A stretch of 64,000 nucleotides of DNA, from positions 2,294,001 through 2,358,000 of the forward strand of contig OZ251231.1 in NCBI GenBank assembly GCA_965240325.2, read 5' to 3'. Shown piece by piece: positions 46,419 to 56,900 of the stretch (position 1 is its first letter; every line of letters begins with the position of its first letter). The translations under genes and the position numbers were made by a program. The notes below the pieces were generated by a model, which worked only from the letters and a program-made list of their open reading frames with translations, made no database searches and was not told the DNA's origin. This DNA is from Rebecca billardiae RCC1528. Taxonomy: Eukaryota > Protista > Haptophyta.

Positions 46419-47101
46419 GTGAAGTCGTGCCTTTGTTCTCGTGGGTTTCCAGAATCAGCACTTTTTCAGATAGCCGGTGAAAACGGAGCGTTGCGCCAGC
46501 TGGACAAACGCGAAGGGACCCACCGTCCAGGATCCTTGGACTTGTGGAGGGCCCCGGCGAGACCTGCACTCGGATCGGGGCCCTCTCCCGCTGTGCCGCT
46601 TGCGGCGCACGCCTGACCGGTGCGGCGGGCGACGTGTGCGCACGCCGTGCAGCTCGCGGCGCGTGCGCGTTGGCTAGATGGCACACGTCTCCCGACGCAC
46701 AAGTCGAATGACCGCAGCTGGGATGCCCTTTCGCGCCGCAAGGACGCTTGCGAGGCCGGTCGCGCGGCCGAGCGGCGTGGCCGTGCCGCCTGCACGCAGT
46801 GCGCCCATGGACTTGGCTTCGCCGCGCGCGCTGAGGCTGGCGAGCGTCACGGCCGGATTCTACGACGCGCGCGACGCGCCATCTGCCTGCTTCCTTGCCT
46901 CCGACGCACGTTTTCTGCGGGCAGCGGCGACTCGCCCGCCCATGCGGCGGCGAGCCGCCATCCACCGCGCTTCGCCCTAAACAGAGCGCGGAACATTTCG
47001 TTTTGAAAAGCGCAGATCTGAAAAGACCGGAGGGCGTTTGTCCAGCTGGCGCAACGCCCCTGAAAGCCGCTCGAAAGGCCTGGCGATCGTCGTCTGTTTC
47101 C

Positions 47102-47917
47102 ATGGCGGCCGTCGTCATGCCGGGCGTTGCGGATCACCTCGATGCCCTGTCGGCTGCAGTGGACAACGCCGGCCCCGATGCACTGCCGCCGCGCGTGCGG
47201 CGGCTGGTGGAGCTGAATAGACGCATGTATGCACGTCCTGGCCCGACGCCGACGCTCGCGCTCTCGGGGCTGCGCTCTGAGCTGTACTCGCACTTTGAAC
47301 GGCTTGTGGAGGGCCAGTCTGCGCGGAGCTCGAAGCCTAAGCTCTTCTCGCTGACGACGTTTGCGGAGGCCTCTGCCGGTGGCCCACCTGGTGAGCTGTT
47401 GCCTTGCCCAGGCCCGTACCTGGACATGGGTGAGCTGCCACTGGACGGCGTGCGTGTCTTTGCCGTGAAGCTCACGCATCACGGCGCTCGGCGGCTGGGC
47501 ATCCGCTGCCACCTGCACGGCATCCCATTCGTCTCGCTGGAGTACGATGGGCGACCAGTCGTTCCCGGCATGTCGCGTATCATCAAAGTCGTCGCGGACG
47601 TGCGCCACGCCCAGCCGCCGAAGGAGTGGTGCGGCGAGTTGCGCATCGAGGGCACGGAGGTGCTGCCGGGCCCAATGACAGCAAGCGTCGAATCGGCCAG
47701 CCGTCACGTCGCTGCCGTTCCCGTGTTCGCAAAGGTGACGGTCCTCGGCTCTGCACGCGCAAGCACTGCGAGTACGGGGAGCGTGCATGGTAGGGCGGCA
47801 GGCGCGCGCCCACGCAGCGCTAGTGCGGTGATCGGAGGCCGAGCCGCTGGCGCGAGCACTACGACTGGCACTTCATACGGCACGGGGGCATCGACACCAC
47901 GCAGCAGCATCGCCTAG
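47102..47917 (+). CDS. Hypothetical protein, possibly with an ASH/Ig-like domain
   Basis: Protein-like ORF; YDGRPVVPGMSRIIKV resembles ASH-domain G.VAPGMS..I.V segments. Confidence 0.5.
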   Translation: MAAVVMPGVADHLDALSAAVDNAGPDALPPRVRRLVELNRRMYARPGPTPTLALSGLRSELYSHFERLVEGQSARSSKPKLFSLTTFAEASAGGPPGELLPCPGPYLDMGELPLDGVRVFAVKLTHHGARRLGIRCHLHGIPFVSLEYDGRPVVPGMSRIIKVVADVRHAQPPKEWCGELRIEGTEVLPGPMTASVESASRHVAAVPVFAKVTVLGSARASTASTGSVHGRAAGARPRSASAVIGGRAAGASTTTGTSYGTGASTPRSSIA

Positions 47918-48484
47918 GGCCCTGGTACTGCAGGTCACCTAGCCGCTGCAGTCGGCGCCCGCGAGCACCTACATCCTCATGACCAGCAGCGGCTTCGCCG
48001 CGATCCCGGGGACCTCTAGCTTGCTGACCATTCGCAGCCTTTACGGCGGCCAGAGCCGCTGAGCGGGCCGCCGCCGGCCCGGGCTGCTGCGGACCAGACA
48101 CCAGTGCGGCCCGCAGTCACGGACCGCCTGGACCGTCCACTGCTGGACCGCCGGCGTCCGCTCACTGACACTCCCGCACTCGGCTTAGCAGTTGCCGCCG
48201 CGCACTGCCGGCCGCGGTACTCACTCCGGCGGCCCGGCTGGCTCAGACCGGTGCCGCGCGGTGCGGCGGCCGCCACTGGCTCAGCCTCACCGTCTCAGTC
48301 TCACGCGTGACGCGGGCCGCAGTCCGGAGTCCCGGTCACCGCGGTCACGACTCACGAGTCACGAGTCACTCGCGGCGGCGACGGCAGATATGGCGATTGA
48401 ATCATGCCAGACGGCAATGATGCTGGCATCGATGACGATGGCATCTGCTGTATGATCGATTTTAACTTCAGCCGAGTCAGGCCG

Positions 48485-49330
48485 TCAGGGGTAGGACTGA
48501 CACTCAGTCTCAGGCTCTGCTGTCCGCTCCGCATCATCCGCATCGTCGCTGAGCATCTTGATCTTTGCATCGCCCAGCCCGCTGAACTCGAAGAGCGCAC
48601 CCTCCGCATCGTGGGGCTCGCCGATGGCGCGCATCGCGGTTGTGCGCACTTCGCAGTTACCAAATCGCGGGGCAAGCAGCCCCGATGGGTCTGAGACTCG
48701 AGCGTCCTTGAACATGGCGGCGTAGATGCCGCCATGCCCAACCACAGCTATCTCACGCTCTGGGCGGTGCGCAAGCCAGCGCAGGCACTCGAGGCCACGG
48801 GCGGCGACGGACGAAGCCTCCTCGAGCGCGTCGGTCCACGATTCCTCGTTGGCGGGCACCTGCGAGAAGTCGACGGAAGGCCAGCGCGCCTGTAGCTCTG
48901 CGGTCGGCCTCCGCTTCGCATTGACCAGGTACCCATTCCATTCGCGCAGGCTTTCGAGACAGACGAACGGAACCTGCCGCTCAGCCTCGGCGGCGAAGAC
49001 GAGGTGGGCTGTCTCGATTGCACGGCTCAGGGGCGAGCACACGATCAGCTCCAGACCCGGCAGCTGAGTGTGCAACGCCGCATCTCGCGCCTGCGTTCGG
49101 CCTATCTCTGTCAGCTCTGCGTCAAAGCTGTCGTCCTCTTTCATGAGCTGTATGAAGCGATCGTACGAGCAGCCCGCCGTGCGCTCGTGCTCGGCACGCA
49201 CGTTATGCAGGGCCTGCCCGTGGCGCACGAAATGAATCGTCTGCGCCATGCCAAGCGCAGCCGCCGCTACCGGCGCGGCTGTGACGCGCATCAGCAGTTC
49301 AGCACCGGCTTCACAGCGCGTCCTGTTCAT
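48485..49330 (-). CDS. Histidine phosphatase / phosphoglycerate-mutase-like protein
   Basis: IHFVRHGQALHN, DAELTEIG, CSPLSRAIETA, LESLRE, IAVVGHGG, FGNCEVR; start uncertain (49330/49249). Confidence 0.9.
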   Translation of the reverse strand: MNRTRCEAGAELLMRVTAAPVAAAALGMAQTIHFVRHGQALHNVRAEHERTAGCSYDRFIQLMKEDDSFDAELTEIGRTQARDAALHTQLPGLELIVCSPLSRAIETAHLVFAAEAERQVPFVCLESLREWNGYLVNAKRRPTAELQARWPSVDFSQVPANEESWTDALEEASSVAARGLECLRWLAHRPEREIAVVGHGGIYAAMFKDARVSDPSGLLAPRFGNCEVRTTAMRAIGEPHDAEGALFEFSGLGDAKIKMLSDDADDAERTAEPETECQSYP

Positions 49331-49778
49331 GAGCGCGTGGCGGTACCTCCGGAGCACGCGCGGACGCGCCTGATGGCTATTCGTCCAATAATGAAATGTT
49401 TTCAGGCAGTTTGAAAGGTGAGACTTGCCGAACGCGTGCGTGCCAACCGCAATACGACGTCAGAACGAGGTCTGCCTCGCTCTGACGTCGTATTTGATTA
49501 ATCGTATATAGGGTATCCGATGTGATATACTCATATACACGACTCCTGGTTCATGAGCGACAATGAGCTCTGTGATGTAAGCTGGGCGGGTAGTGAACCA
49601 CGGAGCCGTACTGAATCTCGGTCTCTGAGCCCCCGCAGCCCCCCCCCCCGGTGTCCGGGCGGCCACGGCGGCGGCGGCGGCGACCACTGCGCCGATCGAG
49701 CGCAAGCACCATCACCTGCTGAAAAAGGAGCGCCGGGCTTGTCGGTGGCGGTGGCTCGGGCGTGCCGCCCCTGACACG

Positions 49779-52530
49779 ATGCCTCGGCGAGGCCTGGTCG
49801 TGCGCACGGCCCTGCTCTGCGCATGCCTCGGCAGTGCGCTACCCTCCACAGCCCTTGAGCCCGCAGCCGCGCCGGGCGGCAGCGCCCTGGATACGTCGTC
49901 GCGCGCGCCCGCAAACGCAGACGAGTTTGCTGCTCGTGCACGCCAGGCTCTGAGCGTTGTCTTCACCCACGGCGTGGAGAAGTCTGACGAGCATCACGAG
50001 CCGACTGTTGACCATACCGCCAATGCCCACGAGGAGCCCGCCTCGTCGCACGAGGCTGGGCACGAGGCTGTGGCTGGCCATGAGGACGTGCACGCCCACG
50101 AGGATGTTCACGCGCACGAGGACACCCACACCCACGATGACGGACACACCCACGATCACGGACACACCCACGACGATGTGCACGGCCACGACGACGGGCA
50201 TGGGGATGCCCATGGGGGCGGCCACGACGACGGGCACGGGGATGCCCATGGGGGCGGCCATGGCGACGCGCACGGCGCGCACGGTGCTGGCCACGGGGAC
50301 GCGCACGGCGAGCACGGCGAGCACGGTGAGCACGGTGATCACTGCGGCGGTCATGCCCACCACGGTCCGCACAAGCTGGACGACGAGTCAGCGGTGACGA
50401 TGATCCTTTTCCTCATCCTCCTGACGCTCCTTTTTGAGAAGATCAAGCACAACCTGGTCCGCGCCCGCGGCCAGCGCGCGGCGCGCACGCGGCGCGCGAC
50501 GGCGCACGGCCCGCCACCGCTCACCGCTGTGCACCGTGCACGCGCCGCGCGGTACCACCGCCGGGCGCTGCCGCGCCCGCCCTCGTCGCGCAGGAGCACG
50601 GGCGCTCTGAGTCCGAGCGGCTCGTCGTCAACGCGCTGTTTGGTGAGATCACCGTGCTCGGCTTCATCGCGCTCGTCACCTTCTTCATGATCAAGTCCAA
50701 CTTCTTCAACTGGCTGAGCGGCATCGTGTACCCCGACGACCCGACGCACACGCACCTGCTGCACCTCTTCGAGGACGTGCACTTTGGCCTGTTCTTCACG
50801 ATGATGATGTACCTCGTGCTCGTGATCTGGGTGCTGTACGTGCAGGCGTCGTCGCGCTCAAAGTGGCGCTCGCTCGAGGACGAGACCAAGGCCTTCATGC
50901 GGCTGCATGGCATGAAGCCTGCGAACAGTAAGGAGAACACCGCCGGCCTGCGGAAGGTGCCGACGCGCATCCGCCCGCCGTCGCTGCCGATGCCCAAGGA
51001 CGAGTACCTCGAGTGGCGGTACAACGGCGGCGGCCGCATCCCGGTCGGCTTTGACGGCGTGCTGCAGAAGGATGATGGCGCCGTCGCCGGCAACGGCGAT
51101 CTCGAGATGGCGGACGGGGTGGTGTCTGACCGTCCGGAGCGGGACGAGCTGCACAACTACATGCTCGTGCGCGCGCACTTCACCAACGGCTGCAAGAAGG
51201 GGCCGCCGGAGGGTAAGAAGAACACCCTCGTCGACATGGAGTTCGACTTTGGCCGGTACCTCGACAACTCGCTCGGCCAGCTGCTGATCGAGGTCGTGCT
51301 CGTGCACGAGGTGACCTGGCTCGTGATCGCCGTCGTGATGTTCATCGCGTACGTCGCGTTCGCGTTTGTCGAGTCTTCGGGCACCTTGATCATCGTGACC
51401 ATCTTCGGCGTGCTCCTCGTCGCCTCGATGCTCTGGCTGTACATGAACACGAGCCGGATCCTGGTCGCGCTCAGCCCGCCCTCCGACGCCAACCTCAAGC
51501 AGGTGTTCACCGGCCACCGCACGGCCATCCCGCCCTTCGACAAGAACCCGCTCGTGAAGGGCGGCGGCAGCAAGCACGAGCAGCTCTTCTTCCTGGGCGA
51601 GAAGGGGCCCAACTTCCTCATGCACTTCCTGCGCACGACGCTGCTCCTCACCGCCATCTACGTCGTGGCGATCTGCGTGGTGTTCATCCCGCACATGCAC
51701 GATAAGGGCATCTTCTACGTGCTGCCCATCAACGCCGTCTGCGTGCTCGTGGTCGGCGCGCTCGTGATGCCCATCCTGCCCAAGCTCACGCTCATCACCT
51801 CGATCGGCCACATGAAGAGGTCCGACGTGATCGACAACACCCTCCGCCAGGTCAAGCTCGAGCGCTCGATCAAGACCATCAAGATTCTCGCCGCGCTCCA
51901 GTCGCAGCTCAAGCGCTTCAAGAAGATCCAGGGCACGGACGGCGGCATGAAGCGGACCAACTTCGACAACATCGACCCGAAGCAGAAGGAGGACCTGCGC
52001 GAGGCCTTCAACCTCTTCGACGAGGACGGCTCCGGCACGATCGACTCGAAGGAGCTCTTCAACCTGCTCCGCGACCTCGGGCAGCAGGTCGACCCAGCCG
52101 AGGCCGATCGGCTCATCCTCGAGATGGACACTGGGGTGCGTGCGCGCGCCAGCGGCTCCGCGCGCCGCCGCGCATCGCGCACGACACCGCACGCGCTGAC
52201 CGCATGCGCTTGGCGCCCGCGCCCGCGCTCGGTTTGTGCGCGCAGGACGATGGCCAGGTCAGCTTCGAGGAATTCTGCGTCGTCATGGCGGACGACGACA
52301 GCGCCCCGGCCGACGCGTCGCAGCTGGCTAAGGAGATGTTCACGATGCTCGACAAGGACGGCTCGAACGAGATCACGCTGAGGGAATTCAGAGCAGTGCT
52401 GCAGGGGCTGCCCATCGGCCTGTCGGAGGAGGACCTCGACAACATGCTTCACGACATTTTCGGTGACGACGACAACGCTGCGATCAACGCCGACGAGTTC
52501 GAGCACTTCCTCACCCAGAAGTCTATCTGA
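49779..52530 (+). CDS. MLO-like multi-TM protein with His-rich N-terminal ectodomain and C-terminal four-EF-hand module (exons 49779-50456, 50594-52135, 52246-52530)
   Basis: ALFGEITVLGFIALV, LFEDVHFGLFF, FDFGRYLDNSL, LFFLGEKGPNFLMHFL, LPKLTLITSIG parallel conserved MLO blocks; EF loops DEDGSGTIDSKE, DTGDDGQVSFEE, DKDGSNEITLRE, GDDDNAAINADE. Confidence 0.8.
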
Positions 52531-53030
52531 GCTCCTGCCCGAAGCTGACTATGAGTCCGAGTCGACCGGTGAGTAAGCTATTACTACGTTAACTACGTAG
52601 CTATAATTATGTTACGCGATTCGCCGACGCCGACTGCATGAGTGAGTGCATGGCTGTGCGGCCCGTGCGCCCACGGACCGTGCTGTAGCCGTAGCGGCCC
52701 GCCATAGGCCGAGTCCCGCAGGATGAGGATTGAGGCGGGGTTAGCATCAATGATATAGCAGTCACTGACTGCTCAAGACGCTCGTCAAGTGATGAAGTGT
52801 CCACTGCTGCCCGAGGCCGAAGCAGTCCGCGGGGCCCCCGGGCCCGTGCCCGTGGGGCCCCGTGCCCCGTGGCCGTGGGCGTGGCCGTGCCCGTGGGGCC
52901 GTGGGCGTGGGCCGTGGCAGTCCGCGGAGTCCGCCGGCCGAGCCGGCGAGCGAGTCTGAACATCGTCAGTACGCGCGCGTGCATGTAGTACGACTCCGCG
53001 GCGTTTATTGTTGACCGCGTGCTGATGTGT

Positions 53031-53891
53031 TCACTGCTGCTGGACTTCGTCCGCGCGTCTCGAGTCGGATGCTGCGTCATCCGCCTGACTCGGATGATCG
53101 TGCTGATCCTGATACGCCATCCCGTTCAGCAGCGACTCGCAGACGGCCAGGAGCTCGCCGTGCTGCTGCGCATGCTGGTTTGCCTGCGCTTCCAGGGCCT
53201 GCTGGAAGTCGTCGCGCTGCTGCTCGTGCTCATCGCGCATCTGCTGCACGAGGTTGAGCAGCGCCTCATACGTGGCGGTCCGGCCCTGTGCTGGCTCGGC
53301 GGGCAGATGCGGCGGAGCAGCCTCTGCAGCGTACAGGTCGCGCCGATCGATGCCGATCATCGCCGTCGTCACGGCCTGCTTTGTGTACTCGAGCCGGTCG
53401 ATCCTGCCGCAGGACAGTACGCCGATTAGGCCCTGGCCTTCGCCAAGCTTGGGGTCGCCGCTCACACCGGCGGCGTTGGAGGCTTGCGTGAGGTCCTTGC
53501 CCGCGTCGACGTGCGCACGTATGCTCTCCGGGATCTTGAACGCGCTCGACCAGCCCACGTTCTCGCGGGACCCGTCGAAGGCGACGCAGGCGCACGAGTC
53601 GAACAGGTCGCTCCCGACCTGATACACGCCGGACTCGATGCCGAGGGCGAGGGCCACGTGGTCGCGGCTGCCGTACGCGCTGTATGCCCGGTTGCGCGCC
53701 CCGCGCAGCGTCTGCTCCAGGCCGCGCGGCTGCTCGGGGATGCCGCTCGCAGCCTTGAAGCCGACCACCTCGAGTGCCTCGAAGACCGGGTACTCGCGCA
53801 GGACCTGCGCCACGGCGTCCACCTTGCAGCTGTTCGTCGACCCGACCACAACCACGGCCGTCGCGCTCGGCGCCGGTGCCGCCGACGACAT
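53031..53891 (-). CDS. yjjX: YjjX-type inosine/xanthosine triphosphatase with C-terminal coiled-coil extension
   Basis: VVVGSTNSCKVDAV, ASGIPEQPRGLEQTLRGARNRA, LALGIESG, GLIGVLSCGRIDR. Confidence 0.85.
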   Translation of the reverse strand: MSSAAPAPSATAVVVVGSTNSCKVDAVAQVLREYPVFEALEVVGFKAASGIPEQPRGLEQTLRGARNRAYSAYGSRDHVALALGIESGVYQVGSDLFDSCACVAFDGSRENVGWSSAFKIPESIRAHVDAGKDLTQASNAAGVSGDPKLGEGQGLIGVLSCGRIDRLEYTKQAVTTAMIGIDRRDLYAAEAAPPHLPAEPAQGRTATYEALLNLVQQMRDEHEQQRDDFQQALEAQANQHAQQHGELLAVCESLLNGMAYQDQHDHPSQADDAASDSRRADEVQQQ

Positions 53892-53973
53892 CGCTCAGCA
53901 GCACTGACCAACGTCTCGCTCTTGGGAGCGAGCGCGGGCCTGACCGTTGTGGCACCCGCGGCAAGCCGCCGCC

Positions 53974-56900
53974 ATGGGTGACGACGCCGTGCGCGTCGCC
54001 GTGCGGGTGCGAGGCGCCCCGCGCGACGGGCGGGCGGCGCGCTCCCCGGCTCTGCGCCGCGTTCGCGCGGCGTGCATCCGCCACCCACCGCTCATGCCGC
54101 GCCCCCCCCCCCGCCTGACCTCCACCTGCGCACGTGCGCACACATTCCGCGCAGGTGCGGCCCCTGACGGAGAAGGAAGTGCTGGAGCACTGCCGCACGT
54201 GCCTGCGCGTGTATGCGAAGGAGCAGCAGGTGGTGCTCGGGAAGGACCGAGGTTTCTCGTTCGACTACGTCTTCGGCGAGCGCACCTCGCAGGTACGCCG
54301 CCCTGCCGCCCCTCGCGCGCCCGTCTGTGCGCGCCCTCGCGCATGGCGGGCTCATCTCGGCTCGCTCGTCGCGCGCCGCGCGCACTCGCCGCGCGCAGGC
54401 GGATCTGTACGAAGCGTGCTGCCAGGGGCTAGTGGAGAGCTGCCTCGACGGGTACAACGCCACCGTGATGGCCTACGGCCAGACCGGCTCGGGCAAGACC
54501 TTCACCATGGGCTCTGGCAACGAGCTCGAGCCCGTGGCCGGCACGGCCGACGCCGACCCGCGCGGCGTGATCCCGCGCGTGCTGGAGCAGCTCTTCGGCG
54601 CGCTGGACGGCGGGGCGGAGGAGGGCGGGCCGGACGACGACGACGAGGACCCCCAGGCGGACGAGCCCGGGTACGAGGTCGAGGCCACCTACCTCGAGAT
54701 CTACAACGAGGAGGTGCGCGACCTGCTGCACCCGAACACGCCCACCAAGGCGATCAACATCCGCGAGTCCGCCGCCGGGCACATCCGCGTGCAGGGCGCG
54801 CGCGCGGAGCGGGTGCACGGGCTGCGCGAGGCGCTGGCCTGCCTCGAGTCCGGCAACGCGTGCCGCACCACCGGCTCCACGCTCATGAACGCCGCGTCCT
54901 CGCGCTCGCACTCGCTGTTCACGCTCAACGTGACGCGCCGGCTGGGCGGTGCGCGCGCTCGCGCGGGCGGCGCGCCCGCGCGGCCGGTGCGCGCTAAGCT
55001 GCACCTGGTCGACCTGGCGGGCTCGGAGCGGAACAAGAAGACGGGCACGACGGGCGGCCGCTTCAAGGAGTCCGTCACCATCAACCAGGGGCTGCTCGCG
55101 CTCGGGAACGTGATCTCGGCGCTGGGAGACGAGCGGCGGCGCGGCAGCCACGTGCCGTACCGCGAGTCGAAGCTGACGCGCATGCTGCAGGACTCGCTCG
55201 GGGGCAACTCGCGCACCGTGATGCTCGCGTGCGTCTCGCCCGCGGACACGTCCTTCGACGAGAGCCTCAACACGCTGCGGTACGCCAACCGCGCGCGCAA
55301 CATCAAGAACAGCCCGGTCGTGAATCTGGCCGAGGACGAGGAGGAGGGCGGCGAGCGGCTCGGGCTGCTGATGGGCGAGATCGAGTCGCTGCAGCGCCAG
55401 CTGGCGGAGGCGCGGCAGGCGGAGCAGGCGCCGCCCAGGCTGCTCGCGGGCGCAGAGGGCGCGCAGCAGCCGCACGGGCTCGCGACGGGCGCGCTCGGCC
55501 GCCGGCTGCAGCAGCTGCTCGCCGACGCGACCGACGCGGCCGCCGACGCCGCCGACGGCGGCGGCTCGGCGCTGCGGCTGCTCAGCGCGTCCGCGCAGGA
55601 CGAGGCGATCCTTCAGGTGGTGCGCGAGTGCGCGGGCGCGCGCGCGGCCGAGCTCGGCCTCGGCGACGGCGGCGGCGGCGCGCGCGCGGAGCCCGACGGC
55701 GCGGAGACGTCGGCGCTGGAGGAGGCCGAGGCGTCGCTCAGCTCCGCCGCCGACTCTGTTGCGCTACTGGGGCTGCACAGGGAGCACCTGGGGATGCTGC
55801 TCGGGAGCCTGTGGCAGGCGCACGCCGCGGCGGCCGCCGCGGCGGAGGGCGACACGCTGGCGGGAGCCACGCCGGCGGGCACGCCCTCGCGTGCCAGCCC
55901 GGCCTCGGCGGACGCGCGCGCGGGCGGCACGCCCGCCGCCGCTGCCGGCGGCGCGGCCGCGGGCCAGTCGGCCACGCCGCCGCAGGGGGCGGCGGACGGC
56001 ACGCCCGCGCACCGCGCCACGCCGCCCTCCGCGCCCGGCACGGCCGCGGGCACGCCCACCGTGCGCCGCCTCAGGCGGGAGATCGGCGCCGTCCTGCGGC
56101 AGGCGCAGGGCGCGGAGGAGGCGGCGCGCGGCGCGCTCGAGCGCGCGGTCGACTGGACGCGCGCCGCGCGCGCCGCGCTCGGCGCGGGCGGGCGCGGTGT
56201 GGGCGTGGGCGGCGGTGGCGTCGGCGCGGACGCGGACGCCGCCGCTGGCGCCAGCCCCAGGCCACCCGCCACGCCCGAGGGACGGCTGCGGGCGCCGGTC
56301 GACAGCGAGGCTGCAGAGACTGCCGCGTCGCGCGCGAGCCGCCGCGCTCGGCGCCGCGCCGCGCGCACGGCCGAGGCCGACGGCGCGGCGGAGGAGGAGG
56401 GGGAGGAGGAGGAGGAGGAGCCCGCCGCCCCCGCCGGCGCGCGGCGCGGCGTCGCGGCTCGTCCGCCGCTGCCGCGCACGGCGGGCACGCCCGCCGCGGC
56501 GCGCGGCGCGCGCGGCGCCCTCGAGCGTCTGCTCGCGGCGCGTGAGTCGGAGCTGGCGGAGGTGCGCTCGGCGCTGCAGGAGGCGCAGGCCGACCTGCGG
56601 CGGGACGAGGAGATCTTCGCGGAGCGCGCGTCCGAGCTGAGCGCGCTGCGTGCCGAGAACGAGCAGCTGCGCGCGGACGCGGACGCGGACGCGGGCGCGG
56701 GCGCGGGCGAGTCCGCGCGCGGCGCGGACGCGCGCGGCGCGGCGCTGTTGGGCGGCGGCGCCCCTCGTCCGGCGTGGGCCACCCAGCCCGCGCAGCCCGC
56801 CGCCTCAGAGCCGCCGCTGCACCTGCTCTCGCCGCCCTCGCTGCACGCCTCCCTCGTCGCCGCGGGCGGCGCCGCCGCCGCCGGCGCCGCCGACGCGTGC

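Noticed and set aside
52825-52955. GC-rich (GTGCCC/GTGGCC)n tract similar to 10865-10905
   Set aside because: Low complexity with no definable boundaries, TIRs or TSD
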